From a virus: a stretch of DNA of 64,000 nt. Numbering within the stretch: the first letter of the stretch is position 1; each line of letters starts with the position of its first letter. A program made the translations under genes and the position numbers. The notes beneath the pieces were generated by a model. That model was not told where the DNA came from. It saw nothing but the letters and a program-made list of their open reading frames with translations, and ran no database searches. Below are positions 39,077 to 48,482 of this stretch, piece after piece. The stretch spans positions 19,406 to 83,405 of the IMG/VR virus record IMGVR_UViG_3300044617_002200. One strand, 5' to 3'.

Positions 39077-41647
39077 TTAAGCTGTTGGATCTGTTACTAC
39101 CAATTGATCAGTTGTGTTAAAGTAACTTAAACGAACCGTGTTATTAGAATTTGAGAAGATTCTAGTATTATAATTGTTATATACGTGAGTTGCTCCTGTA
39201 ACATCACCTATACTATTATTATTTTCTATAGTATTTCTTCTAAAATTGTTTCCAACGGCGTTGTTGGTGAAGCTGCTTCCAACGGCGTTGTCGGTGAAGC
39301 TGCTTCCAATGGTGTTGGAGTTGAAGTAGTTTCCAATGGTGTTGTAGCTGAAGTTGTTTTCAACGGTGTTGTAGCTGAAGTTGTTTTCAATGGTGTTGGT
39401 GTAAAAGGACTCGTTTCCAATGGTGTTGGAGTTGAAGTAGTTTCCAATGGTGTTGGAGTAGAATAAGTTTCCAATGGTGTTGGAGTTGAAGTTGTTTCCA
39501 ATGGTGTTGTAGTAGAAGCTGCTTCCAATGGTGTTGGATTGGAAGTCGACTCCAATGGTGTTGCGGTTGAAGTTGTTTCCGATGGTGTTGGAGATGAAGT
39601 TGTTTCCAATGGTGTTATGTAAGAAGTAGTTTCCAACAGCGTTATTGGTGAAGTCTTTTCCAATATTATTATAATTAAAATCACTTCCTATTTTGTTTTC
39701 TAAAAAGAAAATATCTACAGAATTAAATATAAAAGGCCCGCTAGTGGTATTAAAATAAAAATTAGCGACTATATTATTACCGTAAAAACTGTTACTGATA
39801 ATATTAGAATAAAAAGCTTCTCCGATTGTATTGGTGGTAAAACCATTACCGATAACATTAGTATCAAAGCGATTACCAATCGAGTTTACCTGAAAACCTT
39901 CTCCGATTGTATTGGAGTGAAAACCTTCTCCGATTGTATTGGAATAAAAATTATTACCAATAATAACATTTTGAAAACCGTTTTGTATTTTTATATTATT
40001 GACGTTTTCGATATTTAATTGACTTTCTTGATCTAAAGATGTTACAAAAGTAGGTTGTTGAATTCTTGTTTGATACAAAGGAGGTAATGAAACTGATATA
40101 TTATTATTTGTTTTAAACGCAAGCTCACCGTCTTCCGTTATGTAAGTTGCAAAATAAGTTTGAGATTCATTAAACGGAGAAACCGGCAACCAGAAATTAG
40201 TGTTTGTTAAATTATTATTTGTATTTGAATTAACCACAGAATAATAAAGCTTACCACTAACATCTTTTACGACATTATGTAAATTATATGTAGTACCAGA
40301 ATTGTATAAATTAACCGATGACATATCTGGACGGCAGCAGTTATTAGTTATATATCTCCAGTCCCAACCGATATCAATATTTTTCTTTGTATCATTTCTT
40401 CTATAAATCCAACCCTTAAAATTGGGTATTGGTGTATTGATATTTCTTGTGCCCCAAGTATTTGAACTTGTTGCATCTATATCATAATACACAATATCTT
40501 CTGGGTGGAGTGTAGATTTCGCTTCAGTATGAATTCCACTCGCATTAACAGCTGTGACAACCAGTGGTTCTATTGCGCTACCAGTTAAAACAACAGTATT
40601 GTTTACAGATTGGTTCCACCATCTTAATTGGAAGTCATTGATAATGTAATTTTGCCCACTCTTTAATAGACCGCTATTTTTTAAATTTTTTAAATCATTA
40701 TAAGGTAATGAAATTGCAGATTGAATAGAAGAAATATCTACACCAGTTATAAATCCGCTAGGATTTGAAGCTGGGTATGCACCGATTTCTTGAGGAGTAT
40801 GGAGGTGATTACCAGAAGCGACCGTGCCTGCAGTATCGCCTTTTCTTATAAATCTATCTTCAATAAAAGCACCCAGTGGAGTGTTTAAAAGAATTGGTAT
40901 ACCTCCACCAACATTAATAGGGAAAGTATTTAAAATTTCAGGACCTAGAGATTGAAAAAACGCATACCCCTCAAAAAAACCGCCATCCTCATTGTAAATG
41001 TTTGTTTGTATTCGAGGAATATCTTTAATTTTTAAATTATTTAAAGTATTATTATTCCCAGTTATTATTGAATGAGTTCTGATATAATTACTATTAAAAC
41101 CAACTTTAGAAGGCGTTGGAGGAGAACCGCTAACAAAAAAACAACTTATATATGTCCCACTAGCAGGAACAATTGGGCTATTTGAAGCTGAAACCTCAAA
41201 ATCTAAAGCAAATGTAGATCCTGGTAAAACAACTGCTGAACCGAGAGACTCAAAATTAAGAACATCTCCGGCTTCCCATCCTGTTCTGGGTATTTTTATT
41301 TTTGTGTTTCCGTTAGGAATACTTGACAAAATATACTTAGCGTATCTTTTAGGCTGTATTAAAAATTCATTATTTAAAAAATTGCTAGAATTTATCTCGA
41401 TATATTCATATTCGTGAGAATGTAATTTTTTAGCAGCACCAATATTCTCAGGATTAATTGGGTCTGTTCCACTTAAACTATGGACATAAGCATGAGAAGG
41501 TAAACTCCCAGAAGGTAAAACGCCGCTAATATCATTTAGCTTTAAATCAACATTTCCATTAATAGGTAATTTTCCGTTTACCGATAGTAATGCAGAATCA
41601 GGAACTGATGAATTTTCTATTGTCGAAATACCTATTTGATTAATCAT
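39077..41647 (-). CDS. Tail fibre/receptor-binding protein with C-terminal 9-aa beta-helix repeats
   Basis: SVNGK, HxH...PENIGAA motifs; many xxNTIGNxF repeats. Confidence 0.75.
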   Translation of the reverse strand: MINQIGISTIENSSVPDSALLSVNGKLPINGNVDLKLNDISGVLPSGSLPSHAYVHSLSGTDPINPENIGAAKKLHSHEYEYIEINSSNFLNNEFLIQPKRYAKYILSSIPNGNTKIKIPRTGWEAGDVLNFESLGSAVVLPGSTFALDFEVSASNSPIVPASGTYISCFFVSGSPPTPSKVGFNSNYIRTHSIITGNNNTLNNLKIKDIPRIQTNIYNEDGGFFEGYAFFQSLGPEILNTFPINVGGGIPILLNTPLGAFIEDRFIRKGDTAGTVASGNHLHTPQEIGAYPASNPSGFITGVDISSIQSAISLPYNDLKNLKNSGLLKSGQNYIINDFQLRWWNQSVNNTVVLTGSAIEPLVVTAVNASGIHTEAKSTLHPEDIVYYDIDATSSNTWGTRNINTPIPNFKGWIYRRNDTKKNIDIGWDWRYITNNCCRPDMSSVNLYNSGTTYNLHNVVKDVSGKLYYSVVNSNTNNNLTNTNFWLPVSPFNESQTYFATYITEDGELAFKTNNNISVSLPPLYQTRIQQPTFVTSLDQESQLNIENVNNIKIQNGFQNVIIGNNFYSNTIGEGFHSNTIGEGFQVNSIGNRFDTNVIGNGFTTNTIGEAFYSNIISNSFYGNNIVANFYFNTTSGPFIFNSVDIFFLENKIGSDFNYNNIGKDFTNNAVGNYFLHNTIGNNFISNTIGNNFNRNTIGVDFQSNTIGSSFYYNTIGNNFNSNTIGNLFYSNTIGNYFNSNTIGNESFYTNTIENNFSYNTVENNFSYNTIGNYFNSNTIGSSFTDNAVGSSFTNNAVGNNFRRNTIENNNSIGDVTGATHVYNNYNTRIFSNSNNTVRLSYFNTTDQLVVTDPTA
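39243..39677 (-). repeat. About 16 tandem 27-bp repeats, coding consensus NNC NNC AAC ACC ATT GGA AAC AAC TTC
   Basis: Period-27 array read directly (one unit is 30 bp). Confidence 0.92.
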
Positions 41648-41653
41648 AACTTT

Positions 41654-41965
41654 TTAATTTTGATATGTTACTGCTGCCCAAAAATTGCCATTACCACTTG
41701 CGACAGCCCTAATAATACCAAAAGGAGTAGTCATGTATGCTGGAGTCGCATATCCACTGGATAGGTTATTAAATCTATAAAAATCAATGAAATCTTTTTC
41801 AAAAAATGGACTTTGATATTGTAAAGTTATGTTTGCTGGAGAATTTCCGCTATAGAAAACTGAAAAAGCGGCGTCTCTTGCTCTAGAAATATTAACATAT
41901 TCGCCAGTAACAGGTCCGGATTGACCACTCAATAATAGATCCGGTTTAAATAAAAAACTATTCAT
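41654..41965 (-). CDS. Hypothetical small beta protein
   Basis: 103 aa; GTGTATTA motif upstream. Confidence 0.6.
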   Translation of the reverse strand: MNSFLFKPDLLLSGQSGPVTGEYVNISRARDAAFSVFYSGNSPANITLQYQSPFFEKDFIDFYRFNNLSSGYATPAYMTTPFGIIRAVASGNGNFWAAVTYQN

Positions 41966-41987
41966 ACTATATTAATACACTATAATT

Positions 41988-42875
41988 TTAATATTTAATA
42001 TTATATTTTTGTATGTAAGTATTAATAGTAGACATAAATTTATACTTGTCACACACAAGGTGGCACATACCTGTACCAGTTATCGTATAGGGCATTGTAT
42101 AATGATTAATATTTTTTTCATTTTCATCTACTAGACTGTCCTCTGAATTAAAAGACGGAAGTAAAACAATTTTTTCTCCAATTTTTAAAGGTCTTTCGCA
42201 CATTAATCTATAACATACCTGCTCTAAGCTAACTGGAAAATACGCAGTAAATGTTTTGTGGGAATCGACTATTCTCTGAAATTTATTACTTTCAAAAAAG
42301 AATTTATTTTGTTTTACATAATTCAAGATTATATTTGCATTATTTTTTAATACATTTAAATATTCTGGACAACTAGTTCCGAATACTCCGAAATTTCTCG
42401 ATATAAAAATATCTTTTTCCATATTCATATTCGGTAAAAATCCTGTATTTTCGAACATATCTTGAACGAAATTTTTCATCACCTTATGTTTTACCCAAGG
42501 CTCATCGTTCAAAGTAAAAAATTTAGAATTTTCTACTTTTTTAAAGATTTCTTTGTGAAATAAAAAAAAGTCAAAATCTACATGAACAAAGGGTCTTTCA
42601 TGGTTTTTTATAGCAATAAATTTTCCGCCACTCCAAAATGGGATAGGAATTAAAGATAAATCTGATAATGACATTATGCGGACTTCATCATAAGGAATAT
42701 TTTTAAAAATATGAGAACTTAATTCATCCACATACAAAATAGTTTTATACCCCTGTCTTCTCATTAAAAAGTTACTAAACGCGGCTAATTTTTTTTGTGT
42801 TTCTAATTCTTCTTGTTGATTAAAATCCCACCTATCTTTTCTATCTACTGTCCACCAGCTATAAATTGCGTCCAT
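41988..42875 (-). CDS. Glycosyltransferase-like protein (DUF6734-like)
   Basis: LYVD...PYDEV...FWSGGK...PFVHVDFDFFL, NFGVFG, LEQ motifs. Confidence 0.55.
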   Translation of the reverse strand: MDAIYSWWTVDRKDRWDFNQQEELETQKKLAAFSNFLMRRQGYKTILYVDELSSHIFKNIPYDEVRIMSLSDLSLIPIPFWSGGKFIAIKNHERPFVHVDFDFFLFHKEIFKKVENSKFFTLNDEPWVKHKVMKNFVQDMFENTGFLPNMNMEKDIFISRNFGVFGTSCPEYLNVLKNNANIILNYVKQNKFFFESNKFQRIVDSHKTFTAYFPVSLEQVCYRLMCERPLKIGEKIVLLPSFNSEDSLVDENEKNINHYTMPYTITGTGMCHLVCDKYKFMSTINTYIQKYNIKY

Positions 42876-42878
42876 ATA

Positions 42879-43976
42879 TTATATTACAAATTCAAAAGTT
42901 AAAGATTTATGTAAAATTTCTCCATAATTAACGAATTCTTTTTTACAAAAATCTAATTTTTCGGGCCACTTTGGTTTTGGGCTGTCAATAACCCTGCCAT
43001 CTGGATGCACATAGTATATATGCAATTTATATTTATTTTTATTTTTTAAAATTAATTTTAAGTCTTTAAAGGTGACTGTTACCGCCGTTGGTATTTTTGG
43101 ACAGTCTTCAAAATTCAATTTAATATGGTTGTCTATAGGTATTATATTTTTTTCAGAATCTTCTATTAAGAATTTAAAAACGCGATATTTATCTACATCT
43201 AAAATCATGTTGGGATGAATTTGGATTTCTATTTTGGAAAAATCGCATAAATACTTGATTAATTCATGATCAACTATATTAAATAAATAAGAAATATTTG
43301 GCGCGTTTATATATTTTCGCAACGATACGGGTTTGTCACCGCTTGCTTTTAATTCCGGATTTAAAAGATAACTATTTAGACTTGGATTAAAGCCACCAAT
43401 AGTATTATTGTCTATAGTATCTTTTAACGGTAAAAGAGTATTTATTATATGATCTATTTTTCGCCCATTAACAAAATATGTATACGTTCCCCAAGCATCG
43501 CCCTTTTGAAGAGTGTCTTTTGTTATTTTTTTTAAATTCGGCTGAACTTCTTCGTCCAAAAATTCGTAACACTTTTTACACCAAGTAAACATATGTAAAA
43601 AATCATAATCGGGAGGAAAAGATGGTATTAAATTTAAAAAGTTAGGGTGCAAGATACAATCATCCTCTATGACTAAGACATCTTCTTGTAAGTTAAGTCT
43701 TTTAATTTCATGTAATATTTTTAAATGACTCAACGCACATCCAAGAGTCCCCTTTAATTGTATCAATCCGTTGTCAAACCATTTTGGTCCTAGCCATTTA
43801 TTATAATCCATAGTAAAGTCTTCGCCATGAATCCCTAATATATGTAAATTTTCAACCTTATCAACTAAATTGGCTCGCTTTATTTCTTTGAATAAATCCT
43901 TTAAACGTTTTTTGTAAGAATTTTTCCAAAAGACATTGACAGTACTAAAATATGGAGATACTATAAATATATGCAC
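42879..43976 (-). CDS. Glycosyltransferase family 25-like protein
   Basis: GTLGCALSH, LVIEDD, GTYTYFV, IDN. Confidence 0.8.
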   Translation of the reverse strand: MHIFIVSPYFSTVNVFWKNSYKKRLKDLFKEIKRANLVDKVENLHILGIHGEDFTMDYNKWLGPKWFDNGLIQLKGTLGCALSHLKILHEIKRLNLQEDVLVIEDDCILHPNFLNLIPSFPPDYDFLHMFTWCKKCYEFLDEEVQPNLKKITKDTLQKGDAWGTYTYFVNGRKIDHIINTLLPLKDTIDNNTIGGFNPSLNSYLLNPELKASGDKPVSLRKYINAPNISYLFNIVDHELIKYLCDFSKIEIQIHPNMILDVDKYRVFKFLIEDSEKNIIPIDNHIKLNFEDCPKIPTAVTVTFKDLKLILKNKNKYKLHIYYVHPDGRVIDSPKPKWPEKLDFCKKEFVNYGEILHKSLTFEFVI

Positions 43977-44029
43977 TTAATAATTATATTGATTTTATTA
44001 AACAAGTCAAATACAGATAATAAATAATT

Positions 44030-45352
44030 TTATGCGGTTATTGCTTTAGAGGCGCTGCCAATAAGGGTTGCATACGCTCTACGTTCATCATCATATTGAT
44101 TACCAGATCTGAACCAAGAATTTTTATTAGTTTTTATATTAACATTAACTCTAACTGCAATATTAGAAGAAGATTTACCTGCTTGGTTTGGGTTAATGAA
44201 ATCAAATTTATCCCCTATATAAATAGAATTTGGGTCTCGTCTCATGCAATAATATAGTTCAATATTATCAGATAAAGCTTCATAAGCGCCATCATGAATA
44301 CCCATGTTAGATTCTATATATATATTAGCTTGTCCGCCCGTCACGCCGGTATTTTCTAATATATTAGACCCATTAATTAAACTATCTGTAGCCGCCAGGA
44401 AGGGTTGTGGGAAACTAGCTGTATGTATCCTTGGCTCTAAGAGCAACTTACGATAAGAATTTCTAACTCTTACTCTTCTCGTTACCCCTCCAGCAAATGT
44501 CGCATCGACCAACCTAGTTTGATTCAATTTATCGTAGTTAGTTATATCTATCGTCTTACTTAAAGAGGTAAACGAGCCATCGGTTCTTGTAATATTGTTA
44601 GTATATGGATTGAAAATACCACCACTATTAAACTCGCTGTCATTAACCCTTGATTGGCCGTCCGTGGTGGAAAAAATACCTCTTCTTTGTAAACTTGAAT
44701 TAATAATTGATATTGGAAGCCAAGTTCCATACATGGGCTGTTTAATAGATGTATTTAAAAAAGCATCTAATCTAGGAATGGTTCCATTTACTGACTTTAC
44801 CGTCCCTGCCGTGCGAATAGGGTTCGTAAAAGCGTCAATTTGCGTTGGTAGTTTTATAATTCTAAACAGTATTGGCTTAAATGCACTTTGATATGGCGAT
44901 GTGGGATGACTGGAAAAAGAAGGTATGGCTGTTGCTGATAAAGCCCTTGTTTCGCATCGACAAATATCCTCGCCCGAACATCGAAATGGACTTATATTAG
45001 GGTCAAAATTTATGCATACCGTGCTAACCCCAACTGGACCATCTATAAAAGCTGATAAGTTATTGGTTAACATTCTAATATTACGACCACCACCGTAAGG
45101 GTTGATATTAACAGCTCCTGTAGATGTAATATAAAAATTTGAATTATTTAAAAGATAATTAATTCGATTCTCATTCATGGGGCGCATCAAAGTTAAATTA
45201 AGGCCATTAACGAAAAACTCTTCCACAAGAAGATTTAAAAAATCACTTACAAGAGTCCTTGTAGCACTTTGGTTTGATACATTCCCAGCGATTATTATAT
45301 TTTTATTTCCGCCGTATAGTACGCGACAACTTTTTTTGATATGAGTAGACAT
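44030..45352 (-). CDS. Hypothetical protein, probably virion structural
   Basis: 440 aa open frame, Ser/Thr/Asn-rich. Confidence 0.55.
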   Translation of the reverse strand: MSTHIKKSCRVLYGGNKNIIIAGNVSNQSATRTLVSDFLNLLVEEFFVNGLNLTLMRPMNENRINYLLNNSNFYITSTGAVNINPYGGGRNIRMLTNNLSAFIDGPVGVSTVCINFDPNISPFRCSGEDICRCETRALSATAIPSFSSHPTSPYQSAFKPILFRIIKLPTQIDAFTNPIRTAGTVKSVNGTIPRLDAFLNTSIKQPMYGTWLPISIINSSLQRRGIFSTTDGQSRVNDSEFNSGGIFNPYTNNITRTDGSFTSLSKTIDITNYDKLNQTRLVDATFAGGVTRRVRVRNSYRKLLLEPRIHTASFPQPFLAATDSLINGSNILENTGVTGGQANIYIESNMGIHDGAYEALSDNIELYYCMRRDPNSIYIGDKFDFINPNQAGKSSSNIAVRVNVNIKTNKNSWFRSGNQYDDERRAYATLIGSASKAITA

Positions 45353-45371
45353 AAATTTATTGTTTTAGATA

Positions 45372-46298
45372 TTACATGGGGTCTTCCATCGAAGTAGACG
45401 TCCCTGCTGCAGGGTGACCATACGCGAAGCCATTAAATTGATTGTTAGACGTTATTATCAAACTTACATCCGTAATCCTTGAAGCAGAAGGAGAGCCTGT
45501 GTTTATAAAATTTGAAAAAACAAAACCTCCGTTTGATCCAGGGTCGTATTCCAGTGCAAAAGGCGATACGGGGCTAGGTCTTTGTCTTGGGATTAAATCT
45601 CCACTTGAATTTCTGGCAAATCTGTCATGGGTGGTGATTACTTTAGTTAGACCAGACTGAGATACTACTTGTCTTATTATTTCGCATTTAGGTAAATCAG
45701 ATCCTGTAAAATTTTGACCAGTTAATTTATTTCCTGTAAGATTTTCGCAGCCCGCCATTAAAACCCGAATAGTCCACTGACCAACTCCATTTGGAACGCT
45801 AATCGTGGAAAATAATGTCGAAGAGAAACCTGGAAGTTGAGCTCCAGTTGAGCTATTACATAGCGGAGAAGGGGGCTCATGACCCATTGTTCCGGCTCTT
45901 ATAAATCGACTTGAGGAGGGCATTGTACAATTTCCCCATTTTGTAATTCCGATTGAAACTTGAGACTTGGCTTGTTCTTTTGTAAGATTAGATGGCCATG
46001 TTAATAGATCCCAATAAGCTAGAACTTTTACAGTTGAACTTCTAGGGTCTTGTATTCCCCATCCCCATGCACCCCATGCCGATTGTCTATATGCAGATAT
46101 ATTAAGATCTATACCTCCGGGAGGGGGTATTAAGGCAGGAAAGATGGGACCTGGATTTTCAACAATATCTCTAATTTCTTCTTCTGTTATTCCTCCATCA
46201 AAAAAATTTGATAAATAAGCATAATCAGTTTGTATATCTGGCTCTGAAATAGCAAGAGCCGGCAACCCTAGTTTTCTAAATTTTAGTCTTTTGCTCAT
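45372..46298 (-). CDS. Hypothetical protein, probably virion structural
   Basis: 308 aa open frame, Gly/Pro/Ser-rich. Confidence 0.55.
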   Translation of the reverse strand: MSKRLKFRKLGLPALAISEPDIQTDYAYLSNFFDGGITEEEIRDIVENPGPIFPALIPPPGGIDLNISAYRQSAWGAWGWGIQDPRSSTVKVLAYWDLLTWPSNLTKEQAKSQVSIGITKWGNCTMPSSSRFIRAGTMGHEPPSPLCNSSTGAQLPGFSSTLFSTISVPNGVGQWTIRVLMAGCENLTGNKLTGQNFTGSDLPKCEIIRQVVSQSGLTKVITTHDRFARNSSGDLIPRQRPSPVSPFALEYDPGSNGGFVFSNFINTGSPSASRITDVSLIITSNNQFNGFAYGHPAAGTSTSMEDPM

Positions 46299-46306
46299 AA
46301 GCGTGG

Positions 46307-46861
46307 TTAAAAATTAATTTTAATTATAGCGTAACCGTCATTATCGATGGTGCTTAAAAATTTACCCACAACAACCAGTCCGTCTGTGGCAAAAGACCCG
46401 TTATTGCCCATGTAAGCTGCGTCGCCAGGACTTGGAGCCCCTCCTCCTAGACCTCTATCGTTAGTATCAATTTCATTTACACATATAATACCTTTAGTTA
46501 AAATTGGCACAGCTTGAGTTGGAATTACGACATCCATTTCGGCCGCCTTGCGAGTATTATGGATTAATAAGTTTCCATTTTCATCCTCAGTTGCAACAGA
46601 TTTTAATATAATTCCTATTACATTCTCGTCGTCATAATTTTGTACTGTTTCTACTTTCCCAATAGGCGAAAAAATAGCAGAAAGAGTATTGGGAACGCCT
46701 GACATATTTTCAAGATCGAAAATATTGTTACCAGAGTTATCTTTATAATTTGAAGTAATTCTAACAATAGATCCTGCTGCAGCTGAATTACCATTATAAG
46801 AAAACAACCCGTTTATTACATCATACTCACCGTACTGTCTAAAAGGCTTTAAATTAATCAT
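46307..46861 (-). CDS. Second copy of the capsid decoration-like protein
   Basis: Shares NLKPFR, DENG..L..N.RKAAEMDV, PILTKGI, VGKFL...GYA..KI with 13007-13543. Confidence 0.75.
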   Translation of the reverse strand: MINLKPFRQYGEYDVINGLFSYNGNSAAAGSIVRITSNYKDNSGNNIFDLENMSGVPNTLSAIFSPIGKVETVQNYDDENVIGIILKSVATEDENGNLLIHNTRKAAEMDVVIPTQAVPILTKGIICVNEIDTNDRGLGGGAPSPGDAAYMGNNGSFATDGLVVVGKFLSTIDNDGYAIIKINF

Positions 46862-47144
46862 AATCAAAATATATATACACCCAAACTATTATGAATATAC
46901 ATTGCTATTTTAAATATGATAAAACTAAGATATATTAGTTCATAAGGTTTAGCGAGGTTAAATTAAATTAATAAAATAAAAATATCCTGAGATTGAAATT
47001 AGACCCTCCCGGCAACTCTTTTATAAAAGTCAAGTAAAAAATTTTCAAAAATAGGGGGGGGTTGGCATGATTCTTGCTCTAAAAAAAATACAATCGCACG
47101 AAAATAGTTGTTGTGTTTTTGGCGATCTGTGATACATTAAAACC

Positions 47145-47312
47145 ATGAACAACGAACCAACCAAAGAACAGAAAGACGAAATCGCGAAAGCTCTCATGCA
47201 ACGCGCCAGCATGGGCAAACGCTCCGGCTGGGGCTACGCAATCAAGTGGTTCGCCGCTTGGGAAAAGAATTTCTGGGAAAAAGAAAATCAAAAAAAATCC
47301 TTGCAATCCTAA
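47145..47312 (+). CDS. Small hypothetical protein (55 aa)
   Basis: MNNEPTKEQKDEIAKALMQRASMGKRSGWGYAIKWFAAWEKNFWEK...; ATG at promoter +1; below the ORF-track size cut-off. Confidence 0.65.
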   Translation: MNNEPTKEQKDEIAKALMQRASMGKRSGWGYAIKWFAAWEKNFWEKENQKKSLQS

Positions 47313-47335
47313 TCTGAATCTATAAAATAAACACC

Positions 47336-47563
47336 ATGCAAATCAAATCCACAATCGAGTTCAACGCCACCCGTTCCGTGTCTGCTAGCGGCAACACCGA
47401 ATGGTGGAAATTCACCATCACCGCGAACCGCTCGCTTTCCAAGGCGTCAGTCGAACACATCTGTCAAATCCACGGATGCTTCGGCCAGTCATTCAGCTAC
47501 AACGAAAACAAAGACAATGGCATCTTTACCTACTCTGGTGAAGCCACTTGCTACTGCGACTAA
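47336..47563 (+). CDS. Small hypothetical protein, paralog family A
   Basis: Near-identical to 48255-48482. Confidence 0.85.
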   Translation: MQIKSTIEFNATRSVSASGNTEWWKFTITANRSLSKASVEHICQIHGCFGQSFSYNENKDNGIFTYSGEATCYCD

Positions 47564-47574
47564 GGAATAAAAAT

Positions 47575-47784
47575 ATGTATTGTCCTCATAATGAACATGA
47601 TGAAGTCTTCGACAAAGTCGAAGGAGGTTGGTTCCATGTTAGCCACTATGAACTGAGCAAAAACAAATATCGCTATGTGTATGCAGGCGATACTTTTACA
47701 AGCCCCAAAACGGGTAAGAAGTGGCAATACTACCGGAAAGGAAATGAGCTTAAAGTTCGTCCTTTCAAGGAGTTAGCTAGTTAA
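47575..47784 (+). CDS. Small hypothetical protein, paralog family B
   Basis: MYCPHNEHD...GDTFTSPKTGKKWQYY; paralog of 50406-50648. Confidence 0.85.
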   Translation: MYCPHNEHDEVFDKVEGGWFHVSHYELSKNKYRYVYAGDTFTSPKTGKKWQYYRKGNELKVRPFKELAS

Positions 47785-48020
47785 ATAAAAAACTCCTCAT
47801 AAGTAACTCAAACACAATGAGTTGCGCAAGGCCGCCCCCCCGCCGGTTGCAAGTTGTTGAAAATAAAATAGTTATAATGAAAACACTAGCAGGAATCATG
47901 CCAGCCATACCGAGTATGGTTGCCATATCAAGTATGGTTGGCACGGGAGTTGCTTCAAAAAAAATGCAATCGCACGAAAAAATTTGTTGCATTCGAGACG
48001 ATCTGTGATAGATTAGAACC

Positions 48021-48215
48021 ATGAAAGACACCATAACACTCGACCACGGACACCACATCGCCATCCGCGTTGCTCTCATGCAACACATCCGCACTCAATT
48101 CGGGATTCGTCGCTTGCTCAATAATCGCGAGTCAATCACCGATGCAATCTCGGCCCTTCGTCTCGTCCGCAACTCGGACAAGCTGGAATCCACACCCTAC
48201 TCTTTCAAAAAATAA
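48021..48215 (+). CDS. Small hypothetical protein, family C
   Basis: Leaderless start; weak similarity to 49185-49382. Confidence 0.7.
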   Translation: MKDTITLDHGHHIAIRVALMQHIRTQFGIRRLLNNRESITDAISALRLVRNSDKLESTPYSFKK

Positions 48216-48254
48216 TTCTTGCAATCAATCAATCAACCCACTAATCTCTAAACA

Positions 48255-48482
48255 ATGAACATCAAATCCACAATCCAATTCGACGCCACTCGTTCCGTGT
48301 CCTCTTCGGGAAATACAGAATGGTGGAAATTCACCATCACCGCCAATCGTTCTTTGTCCAAGAACACCATCGAACACATCTGCCAGATTCATGGGTGCTT
48401 CGGTCAGTCTTTCAGCTACACCGATAGCAAAGTCGAAGGCGTGTTTACCTATTCGGGCGAAGCCACTTGCTACTGCGACTAA
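48255..48482 (+). CDS. Small hypothetical protein, paralog family A
   Basis: GNTEWWKFTITANRSLSK...GEATCYCD. Confidence 0.85.
   Translation: MNIKSTIQFDATRSVSSSGNTEWWKFTITANRSLSKNTIEHICQIHGCFGQSFSYTDSKVEGVFTYSGEATCYCD

Larger units (their letters stand above)
5298..46880 (-). promoter_or_regulatory. Recurrent putative late promoter motif GTGTAW(W)W upstream of late genes
   Basis: Plus-strand WTACAC at 5298, 7418, 11394, 15225, 15441, 16421, 17221, 22046, 28523, 32074, 38811, 41975, 46875, each about 8-32 nt before a minus-strand start; plus-strand GTGTAA at 27157 before ATG 27172. Confidence 0.75.

Noticed and set aside
39185-39684. Overlapping ORFs 39185-39466 (+) and 39226-39684 (-)
   Set aside because: They are by-products of the 27-bp repeat array, with no independent start signals
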